IMG/VR virus record: IMGVR_UViG_3300044708_000083
Coordinates: 1-43,470 of that record
Length of the DNA stretch: 43,470 nucleotides
From: a virus
Taxonomy: Duplodnaviria > Caudoviricetes
Direction: 5' to 3' (one strand)
The translations under genes and the position numbers were made by a program. This document shows positions 1-6,957 of this stretch, in pieces. The notes below the pieces were generated by a model that did no database searches, was not told the DNA's origin, and saw only the letters and a program-made list of their open reading frames with translations. How positions within the stretch are numbered: the first letter of the stretch is position 1; the number at the start of each line of letters is the position of its first letter.

Positions 1-2
1 AC

Positions 3-323
3 TACCTCCGCGACCAGCTTCGCTGCGTCGCCGACCGGCCCGAGGGCTACCAGACCTCGTCCGACGCCCACGACTGGCTGCGCGCACAGGGCGCCCGCGA
101 CCCCGAGACGGTCCTGTTGAACTGGATCCGCGACGGCTCGGTCGCCGCCGTGATCGCGACCGACACCGCGATGCCGCCGACGAAGGGCCTGCCGGGCCGC
201 CTCATGGTCAAGCGGTCGGATGTCCGCGATCGTAACAAAATCCGCCTCGAGCGGATGCCGGGGCGCTGGCGTGTCACCCACACCGCACCCGGCGACCTGA
301 ACGACCACCGGCACCCGGCGTGA
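3..323 (+). CDS. 5'-truncated hypothetical protein
   Basis: Frame is open from position 3 (YLRDQLRCVADRPEGY...) through the listed 117..323 ORF to TGA; the start lies outside the window. Confidence 0.6.
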   Translation, partial: YLRDQLRCVADRPEGYQTSSDAHDWLRAQGARDPETVLLNWIRDGSVAAVIATDTAMPPTKGLPGRLMVKRSDVRDRNKIRLERMPGRWRVTHTAPGDLNDHRHPA

Positions 324-333
324 TCCAGACCTC

Positions 334-423
334 GGAGGTGTGGCGGAATTGGCAGACGCGCCGGGATTTATACCCCTGGCGGCGCCCCGAAGGCGCCTGC
401 GGGTTCGAACCCCGTCACCTCCG
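334..423 (+). tRNA. Atypical type II (long variable arm) tRNA; anticodon ambiguous (UAU centred, or UUA)
   Basis: Acceptor stem GGAGGTG/CACCTCC; D arm GCGGAATTGGCAGACGC; anticodon stem CCGGG/CCTGG with 9-nt loop ATTTATACC; variable arm GGCGCC-CCGAA-GGCGCC; T arm GCGGG-TTCGAAC-CCCGT; discriminator G; CCA not encoded (CCC). Confidence 0.85.
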
Positions 424-456
424 CCCCGTCTTGTCTCATTACGGAAGGAGAATTAA

Positions 457-741
457 ATGCCGGCTCCGTCACCCCCGGCGGCCTTGAAGCCGCTCCTCGT
501 GGTCATGCGGCGGTCGAACATGACCCTCGTCCACCCGGAAATGATCATATCGAATTGCCATCGATGTCGCGAGCCGGTCGGGGTCTACCCGTCGGGCCAG
601 CGGATCGTGAGAAAATTCGATGTCGAGCTGGTCTGTGAGGTCTGTTACGGCCCCGTCACGTCGCTTCCGCCTCTGGCGCCCGGCGCCCGCGAGGAAACCC
701 GCGAGAGCGTGCCGGCGCCAGCTCCCGAGGGAACCAAATGA
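457..741 (+). CDS. Small Zn-finger-like hypothetical protein
   Basis: Strong RBS (AAGGAG) before ATG; CxxC (CHRC) and CxxC (CEVC) pairs. Confidence 0.7.
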   Translation: MPAPSPPAALKPLLVVMRRSNMTLVHPEMIISNCHRCREPVGVYPSGQRIVRKFDVELVCEVCYGPVTSLPPLAPGAREETRESVPAPAPEGTK

Positions 742-989
742 TGACAACCTCGTCCATCACACCCGCCCAACGCGAACAGCTGCGCTCGCATGACCTTTCA
801 AACGACACCGTGCGTGATGCGCTCTCGGGTTTTCTGCATCAATATTTTCGCCACGTCTTCGGCGCGGGCGTGACCGGCGAGGCGATCAGCACCGCGCTGG
901 TCGCCTACGTCCTGACGGTCGACGCCCGTCTCGATGACGCGGTCGAGCTTTTCAACAACGGGTTCCGGGCTCCTCCCGAGGGGGGTTGA
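738..989 (+). CDS. Hypothetical protein
   Basis: ATGA overlap with the previous gene; GAGGG RBS. Confidence 0.65.
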   Translation: MMTTSSITPAQREQLRSHDLSNDTVRDALSGFLHQYFRHVFGAGVTGEAISTALVAYVLTVDARLDDAVELFNNGFRAPPEGG

Positions 990-1013
990 CAAAGTGTCTC
1001 CAGGTGCCACTAT
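986..1013 (+). promoter_or_regulatory. Sigma70-like promoter
   Basis: Perfect TTGACA at 986-991; TG-n-CACTAT extended -10-like element at 1005-1013, upstream of the TGT-like gene. Confidence 0.5.
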
Positions 1014-1062
1014 GTCTCTCACGGCCAGCGCATTCCGCACTGGATCCGAGGAGACTGAGACG

Positions 1063-2136
1063 TTGGAAAAGACCCCGATCTACGGACTTCCGCTCAACCC
1101 GATGCCGCTGCTCGAGGAGCTGGCTGGCGCGTCGTTCTGCGTGTCTTACGCGACCCGGGCCAAACTGGGCCGTCAGCTCGATGACGCGATCCGCCTCGTC
1201 GGCGAGGACGGCATCCTGCTTGTCGATAACGGCGCGTTCAGTATGCACAAGCAGGGCCTCGACACGCGTGATGAGGCCTATCAGGACGCTTACGAGGCGT
1301 GGGCGTTGGACATTCTCGACCGTTGCCCCCAGGCGGTCGCGGTGATCCCCGACTTTATCGACGGATCCGTCGTCGCCAACGCCGAGCTGGTCAACACGAC
1401 CCTGCTGCCCGCTGATCGCGCGATGCCGGTCTGGCACATGCACGAGCCCCTGGCCTATCTGCTGCACCTCTGCGAGGGCTTCGGCTACGTCGGCGTCGGT
1501 AGCTCCGGCCAGTATTGGCAGGTGGGCACGCCTGAGTGGCACGCCCGCATGGGTGAAGTGTTCGCCGCGATCGACGCCTGGGAAGCCGAGACGGGCGCCG
1601 TTCGCCCCCGGCTGCATCTGATGCGGGCGCAGGCCCAGGCCCACGCTTACCCGTTCGACAGCAGCGACAGCACCAACGTGGCGATGAACCACGGTCGCTA
1701 CCGCGCCGAGGGCCCCGGCCACGTCGCCCGTCACGCCGGGCGCGCCGCCGCCAGGATCGTCGCCAGCGCCGGCCCCGAGGCCGCGCATCAGACCCTGCGC
1801 CCGCTGCTGGATCACCTGGAGGCCGCCGCCTGGGCGGCCTCCCTCGACCAACCCACCGAGCAACCCACCGAGGAGCATACGAATGAGCCGCGAGGAAGAG
1901 TTCAACTGGCTGGCGCGCCACGTGAAGCAGGCGCGCATAAATTCCGGTCCCAGTCAGGCCGAGGTCGTCGCGCGGGGTTTCGCCGACATGCTGATCGGCT
2001 ACGACGCCGAGGAGCTGCTGCGGGCCTCCGAGACAGCCGAACCCCTTCAGTGGGGCTGAACGAACGGGGCCGGGCGCGTCAACGCCCGGCCTCGCCTGAT
2101 CAACCCGAAAACCACCACACGAGGACACTACCATGA
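1063..2136 (+). CDS. tRNA-guanine transglycosylase (TGT)/DpdA-like protein
   Basis: Motifs VDNGAFS, IPDFIDG, PVWHMHE, VGVGSSG, LHLMR and PFDSSDSTN match phage TGT-like TIM-barrel proteins. The likely start is TTG 1063 after GAGGAG. The last ~90 codons look like run-on over a nested ORF. Confidence 0.7.
   Translation: MEKTPIYGLPLNPMPLLEELAGASFCVSYATRAKLGRQLDDAIRLVGEDGILLVDNGAFSMHKQGLDTRDEAYQDAYEAWALDILDRCPQAVAVIPDFIDGSVVANAELVNTTLLPADRAMPVWHMHEPLAYLLHLCEGFGYVGVGSSGQYWQVGTPEWHARMGEVFAAIDAWEAETGAVRPRLHLMRAQAQAHAYPFDSSDSTNVAMNHGRYRAEGPGHVARHAGRAAARIVASAGPEAAHQTLRPLLDHLEAAAWAASLDQPTEQPTEEHTNEPRGRVQLAGAPREAGAHKFRSQSGRGRRAGFRRHADRLRRRGAAAGLRDSRTPSVGLNERGRARQRPASPDQPENHHTRTLP
1849..1872 (+). repeat. 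12-bp tandem duplication (CAACCCACCGAG x2)
   Basis: Seen directly in the sequence. Confidence 0.9.
1883..2059 (+). CDS. Small 58-aa hypothetical protein nested in the +1 frame of the TGT-like ORF tail
   Basis: GAGGAG RBS at 1870-1875, ATG 1883, MSREEEFNWLARHVKQ...PLQWG-TGA; not in the supplied ORF track. Confidence 0.6.
   Translation: MSREEEFNWLARHVKQARINSGPSQAEVVARGFADMLIGYDAEELLRASETAEPLQWG
2065..2094 (+). other. GC-rich hairpin (processing or terminator-like; no U tract)
   Basis: CGGGGCCGGGCG-CGTCAA-CGCCCGGCCTCG. Confidence 0.45.
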
Positions 2137-2657
2137 TCACGAAACCCATCAAGATCATCACGGAGAGCCACGATGCGATCGAGGCCGCCCTGCACGCTGT
2201 CAACGGTCGCGCGGCCACGCACACGTTCCGTTTTCCGAGCCAGATCCTCGATCTGGCCGAGGCGGCCGAGCGCGGGCTCATCAACCTCGGCATCCCCAAG
2301 GTCGAGCGGGTTGGCGCGCGGTTCGTCGCGCGCAGCGGCGAGAAACTGCCGAGCGCCTACAAATACGTGGCGATCGGTACCCGCGTGATCCTGCTGCGCC
2401 GTTCCAGTGGCTGGTATCTCGAGGGCGCCGAGGCCGCCCAGATCCACCCTGGTGTCGCGCCGGGCGCCACGCTGGAACTCACCCCGGTGCAGGACGCCAG
2501 GGCGGTCGAGGTGCTGCGCCGGTCCTACCGCGTGCCGGAGGCCGAGGCGGCTGTCCGCGCCGCCGCCCAGGCGGAACTCGCCGCCGCCATGGCCGCGATC
2601 ACGGCGGCGCGCACGGCGGCGCCCATGGCGGCGGCGCCGGAGGGGGCCCAGGCGTGA
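2133..2657 (+). CDS. Hypothetical protein
   Basis: GAGG RBS, ATG, protein-like composition. Confidence 0.75.
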   Translation: MITKPIKIITESHDAIEAALHAVNGRAATHTFRFPSQILDLAEAAERGLINLGIPKVERVGARFVARSGEKLPSAYKYVAIGTRVILLRRSSGWYLEGAEAAQIHPGVAPGATLELTPVQDARAVEVLRRSYRVPEAEAAVRAAAQAELAAAMAAITAARTAAPMAAAPEGAQA

Positions 2658-2917
2658 GACGGGCCCCCCTCCGTTACCACGGTTTCGAGCATGCCGGGCG
2701 CGCTGATGCGCTTGAGGCGGACGCGACGCCGATCGGCACGGTGTTCGTCTTCGGTGACCGGGCCGAGCGCGATGCCTGGGTTGATTTTCCGTCATGGCGT
2801 GCGGACGGCTCGCTTCCCATGCGGAAACGGCTTGGTTCGCGCGAGGCCCGCGACCTGATGTCTCGAAGACTTCCGGTCGTGGACTTCACACAACGTGATG
2901 AAGGAGACGAGACGTGA
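2654..2917 (+). CDS. Hypothetical protein
   Basis: GTGA overlaps with both neighbouring genes. Confidence 0.6.
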   Translation: MRRAPLRYHGFEHAGRADALEADATPIGTVFVFGDRAERDAWVDFPSWRADGSLPMRKRLGSREARDLMSRRLPVVDFTQRDEGDET

Positions 2918-3138
2918 CCACGCGACCCACCCACCGCCGCTCGATCCGCGAGACGGTCTACGCTCTCAATTCCCCCGCGCAGGACGAGAACACCGTCTCT
3001 TGCGGCGGGTGCCACGTGTTCAGCCACGAGCCCTGCGGCGAGAACCCGGCGATCGTCTTCATCGACGGCGTCTGCCCGCACGACCCGCGCGAGTGGGTCA
3101 AGGCGGCGCGGATCGCGCATGCGCGGGGCCTGGAGTGA
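2914..3138 (+). CDS. Small Cys/His-rich hypothetical protein
   Basis: AAGGAG RBS, GTGA overlap; CGGCH...C...C. Confidence 0.65.
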   Translation: MTTRPTHRRSIRETVYALNSPAQDENTVSCGGCHVFSHEPCGENPAIVFIDGVCPHDPREWVKAARIAHARGLE

Positions 3139-3362
3139 CCCCCGTCGACTTTCGCAACGCGCTCTCGGTCCTGCGCTGGTCGGAGCGCACCGTCGCCGGG
3201 CTGCTGGGCGTCTCCCACAACACCGCCAACCGCTACGCGCGCGGGGATCGCAAGATCCCCGCCGACGTCGCGCTGTGGCTCGTGGCGCACGCGCGCCTCG
3301 CGGCCGCCGCGCACGCGGCGTACCCGCCGCCGCGCCGCGCCCACCCCGACCTGGAGGACTGA
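3135..3362 (+). CDS. XRE-type helix-turn-helix protein
   Basis: FRNALSVLRWSERTVAGLLGVSHNTANRYARGDRKIP; GTG start overlaps the previous stop. Confidence 0.75.
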   Translation: MTPVDFRNALSVLRWSERTVAGLLGVSHNTANRYARGDRKIPADVALWLVAHARLAAAAHAAYPPPRRAHPDLED

Positions 3363-3365
3363 ACC

Positions 3366-3743
3366 GTGTGGTTATCCGATGCCGTTCTGAACGAAGTGCG
3401 CGCCCTCGAGGCGCGCGTTTTTTATCTGAGCTACGCCGCGTGCCGGCGCTGGGCCGAGAACCGCGACAAGGGCGAGCCGCTGGTCTTCAGCGGCTGGTAC
3501 TGGACCCTCGGCAAGCGCGAGGCCGGCCCGTTTAAATCCCGGTCCGCCGCGTGGCGCGATGCGTGGTACCAGCTTGGCCGCCACAAGGCGCCGCTGCTGA
3601 CCACGCACAATGACGATTTCGAGCGCGAAACAGCCAGGCAGGCCAAGCAGCAGGCCAAGCAGCAGGCCAAGCAGGCCACCACGAAGCGTCGCAAGCGCCG
3701 CGCCACCGCCGCGCACCCGGCGACCGCTCCGGTGCTGCACTGA
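3366..3743 (+). CDS. Hypothetical protein with a QQAK tandem repeat
   Basis: GGAGG RBS; CAGGCCAAGCAG 12-bp repeat at ~3639-3677. Confidence 0.65.
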   Translation: MWLSDAVLNEVRALEARVFYLSYAACRRWAENRDKGEPLVFSGWYWTLGKREAGPFKSRSAAWRDAWYQLGRHKAPLLTTHNDDFERETARQAKQQAKQQAKQATTKRRKRRATAAHPATAPVLH

Positions 3744-4252
3744 TGGTGACCTCGTACCACCGCCCGGCCCTCGAGCCCACCGCGAGGCTCCTGCGCGAGG
3801 CCATGGAAGCCAAGGGCATGACGTCGCGCACCCTCTCCGCCGTCCTCGGCTGCTCGTGGAACACCGTCTACAACCGCGCGCATGCCAGGGCGGCCGTGAG
3901 TGTCGAGGCGGCTCAGCGGATGGCGAAGGCGCTTGATGTCCCGTGGGAGCCGCTTGTCTCCCCGGTCCCGCCAAAGGGGGAGGCACCGAAGCTGAAAGCG
4001 AAGCGGGGCCGATCCAGGAGCAAGCCCGGTCCCGCCAGCCGCGCCCTGGCCCTGCACGAGGCCGCCCGGCCTCCCGTTCCGCTTCAGCCCGCCCCGGCGT
4101 CCGCCCCGGCGCCGAGGCCCACCCCGGTCCTCGCGTTTGAGCTGTGGTCCGACGGCACCGCCACGATCGCCGTCAAGACCCAGTTGCCCGCCGATCGCGG
4201 CGCTCAGCTGCTGCGCCAGCTGCTGGATTTCGGGCTGGCCGCCAAGGCCTGA
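3743..4252 (+). CDS. XRE-type HTH transcriptional regulator
   Basis: LREAMEAKGMTSRTLSAVLGCSWNTVYN...AQRMAKALDV; TGATG overlap. Confidence 0.75.
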   Translation: MVTSYHRPALEPTARLLREAMEAKGMTSRTLSAVLGCSWNTVYNRAHARAAVSVEAAQRMAKALDVPWEPLVSPVPPKGEAPKLKAKRGRSRSKPGPASRALALHEAARPPVPLQPAPASAPAPRPTPVLAFELWSDGTATIAVKTQLPADRGAQLLRQLLDFGLAAKA

Positions 4253-4263
4253 TCGCGTGTCAA

Positions 4264-4291
4264 GCAACAAATCAGGATCCTGATTTGTTGC
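4264..4291. repeat. Perfect 28-bp palindrome upstream of the portal gene
   Basis: GCAACAAATCAGGA-TCCTGATTTGTTGC, no spacer. Confidence 0.95.
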
Positions 4292-4380
4292 CAGACGCCC
4301 CACTACAACCCTTGCTTGCAATCCGGCCATTCGTGCCGTAATTGCTCCGAGTGCAACTTTTGCACTGGTCCGCTCACGGC

Positions 4381-6957
4381 ATGGCACGCGCCGCGAAACC
4401 CCGTCATGAGCCGCTGGATGACGAGGACATCCTCGCCATTTTGCGCGCCTACAAACAGGACGCGGCGAGCTACGCGGACGACACCCTGGCCCCCGATCGC
4501 GAGCGCGCGTTCACCTATTACGAGGGCATGGTCCTCAACGACGACAATACGCCCGAGCAACGAGATCCCGGCCGCTCATCGACCGTCGTGCGCGAGGTCG
4601 CCGATATCATTCATACAATGCTGCCCGGCATCATTCGGATTTTCGCGGGTGGCGACCGGGTGGTCGATTACGAGCCGCGCACCCAGGACAGCGAGGACGC
4701 CGCCAAGCAGGCGACCGAGTATGTCGCCTATCTCCTGAACGCCGACGGCAACAACTGGTTCTCGACCCTTTACGATGCCGTGCACGATGCTCTGCTGAAG
4801 AAGATCGGCATCATCAAATGGTGGTTTGATCAAAGTACCAGCATTGAGGAATTTGATTATACCGGGCTCACTCTGATGCAATTCGTGCAACTGTCGGAGG
4901 ACCGCGAGATCGAGATCCTCGAGCAGACCACGCGGCCAGCCCGGCGCGGTGTGCTGGACGAGGAGGAGCCCTCCGATGATGATGATGACGAGCAGGCGGA
5001 ACCGCCGGAACCGGGAGAAGAGGGCGCTCCCCCGCCTTTCCCGGCCCCCGGCGGTGGTGGGCCCCCGAACCCCCCGGCCATCCCCGGCGGAGGCCTGCCC
5101 CCGCCTGCCGCCGGCCCCGCCCCACCCGGCGCCGTCGCCGCGCCCCCGGGCGTAGCGCCGGCTTCACCAATCCCCGGCGGCCTGCCCGGCATGTTCGATC
5201 CCGGGCCCCAACCGAGCATCGACTGCACCGTGCGACGCGAACGCATCAGGCGGGTGCTTCGCGTCCAGGCGGTGCCGCCGGAGGAATTTCTGATCAGTCG
5301 TGAGGCGCGCACCGCGACCACGTCTCGCTACATCGCGCATCGCACCAATCCGACCGTCTCCGAGCTGGTGGCGCTGGGCTACGACCGCGAGCTGGTCGAG
5401 GAGCATGCCAGCGCCGACCCGGCGGCTCGTAACACGGTCAGAACGAATGAGGCGCGCCAGCGTAATCCCGGCCTGCGTGACGGCGACGGTGACGGCGGGC
5501 CCGACATCAGCACGTGGCGCGTGCCCTATACCGAGGCCTGGGTCCGTATCGACGCCGACGGCGACGGGATCGCCGAGCTGCACCGGATCTGTACGGTGGG
5601 CGAGAACGACGAGGAGATCGTCGCCGACGAAATTGATTATGATGCGCCGTTCGCGCTGCTGTCCGCCGTTCGTCTGCCGCATGCCGCGATCGGTTATTCC
5701 ATCGCCGATCAGACGATCGATCTTCAGGACATTAAAACCTCTGTCCTCCGCAGCATCCTTGACAGTTTAGCACAATCCGTCTTCCCGCGCACGGCTGTTG
5801 TCGAGAATGCCGTTACGATGGACGATGTTTTAAATAACGAGGTCGGCGCCATCATTCGCATGCAGGCGCCGGGAATGGTGCAGCCCCTGTCTGAACCTTT
5901 TATCGGTCAGGCCGCGCTGGGCGTGATGAATTACCTCGATGAAATGCGGGCGCAGCGCACCGGCATCTCCCGACAGAGCCAGGGCCTCGACGCCAACGTC
6001 CTCCAGTCAACCACGAAATCCGCTGTCAGCGCCTCGGTGGAAGCGCAGCAGGATCGCGTCGAGCTGATCGCGCGCACCTTCGCGGAAATCGGCATCAAGG
6101 ACGTGTTCCGGGGTCTGCTGCGTTTCATCATTCGGCACCAGGACAAGCCCAGAGTGGTGCGCTTGCGTAACCAATGGGTGAACGTGGATCCGCGTTTCTG
6201 GGACGCCGAGATGGATGTCTCGGTCAATGTCGGGCTGGGGCGCGGCACCGACGAGCAGCGCATGGCGTTCCTCGCCACGATCGGTGCGAAACAGGAACAG
6301 GTTTTGCAGATGCTTGGTCCCGACAATGCTCTCGTGAGCATTGGCCAGCTGCGCGAGACTTACGCCGAGATGCTCAGCATCGCTGGATTTAAAAACCCCG
6401 ATCGGTTCTTCAAGGTCGTGACCCCCGGGCAAGAGCAGATGTTGTCTCAGCAGATGGCGGCCAACAAGCCGCCGGATCCGAACCAGCTCCTCGCTCAGGT
6501 CGAGGGCGAGAAGACCAAGGCCAAATTCCAGACCGACCAGTCCCAGCAGCAGCTCGACGCCGCCAAGGCGCGATCCGACGACGATTTCCGGCGCGACCAG
6601 CTTGACGCCGACGTCCTGCTGCGCGCCGCCGAGATCGCCGCGAAATACGGCACCCAGGTCGATATCCAGGCGATCCAGGCGGCCCTCGAGCGCGACCGCA
6701 CCGCGCTGGCGCGGCAGCATGAACTGCAGCTCTCCCGTGAGCAGCAGATCGCCAACGCGGTCCAGCAGCGCGCCGCCGAGGCCTCGGCCGAGCGGCAGCA
6801 GGCCGCGAGCCTCGGCACCAATCGCGACATCGCCACCCAGCGCGCCAACACCCAGATCCGCACCGGCCTCATCCGCGAGGCACTGCGCGCCCCGCCGATT
6901 GGCTCCGGTGTCAATGGTCAACCCGGCAACGGTGCCAGCGCCGAAGGAGGTCCGTGA
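4381..6957 (+). CDS. Portal protein (podovirus type) with acidic/Pro-Gly insertion
   Basis: Motifs YY.G, RSSTVVREV, DALLKKIGIIK, VPPEEF, DADGDGIAE, Q..K...LR..LD, RTGIS and a C-terminal coiled-coil barrel; first gene of the virion module. Confidence 0.9.
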   Translation: MARAAKPRHEPLDDEDILAILRAYKQDAASYADDTLAPDRERAFTYYEGMVLNDDNTPEQRDPGRSSTVVREVADIIHTMLPGIIRIFAGGDRVVDYEPRTQDSEDAAKQATEYVAYLLNADGNNWFSTLYDAVHDALLKKIGIIKWWFDQSTSIEEFDYTGLTLMQFVQLSEDREIEILEQTTRPARRGVLDEEEPSDDDDDEQAEPPEPGEEGAPPPFPAPGGGGPPNPPAIPGGGLPPPAAGPAPPGAVAAPPGVAPASPIPGGLPGMFDPGPQPSIDCTVRRERIRRVLRVQAVPPEEFLISREARTATTSRYIAHRTNPTVSELVALGYDRELVEEHASADPAARNTVRTNEARQRNPGLRDGDGDGGPDISTWRVPYTEAWVRIDADGDGIAELHRICTVGENDEEIVADEIDYDAPFALLSAVRLPHAAIGYSIADQTIDLQDIKTSVLRSILDSLAQSVFPRTAVVENAVTMDDVLNNEVGAIIRMQAPGMVQPLSEPFIGQAALGVMNYLDEMRAQRTGISRQSQGLDANVLQSTTKSAVSASVEAQQDRVELIARTFAEIGIKDVFRGLLRFIIRHQDKPRVVRLRNQWVNVDPRFWDAEMDVSVNVGLGRGTDEQRMAFLATIGAKQEQVLQMLGPDNALVSIGQLRETYAEMLSIAGFKNPDRFFKVVTPGQEQMLSQQMAANKPPDPNQLLAQVEGEKTKAKFQTDQSQQQLDAAKARSDDDFRRDQLDADVLLRAAEIAAKYGTQVDIQAIQAALERDRTALARQHELQLSREQQIANAVQQRAAEASAERQQAASLGTNRDIATQRANTQIRTGLIREALRAPPIGSGVNGQPGNGASAEGGP

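Noticed and set aside
333-424. tRNA-Sec or tRNA-Pyl interpretation (8-bp acceptor via C333-G423)
   Set aside because: No UCA or CUA anticodon, the D arm is Leu/Ser-like, and the discriminator would be C.
934-1062. Longer N-terminus of the TGT-like ORF from ATG 934
   Set aside because: It overlaps the previous gene and the promoter; the SD and the conserved-looking sequence begin at TTG 1063.
3639-3677. QQAK 12-bp tandem repeat as a phase-variation element
   Set aside because: The unit is a multiple of three and sits in a linker, so it is most likely a neutral slippage expansion.
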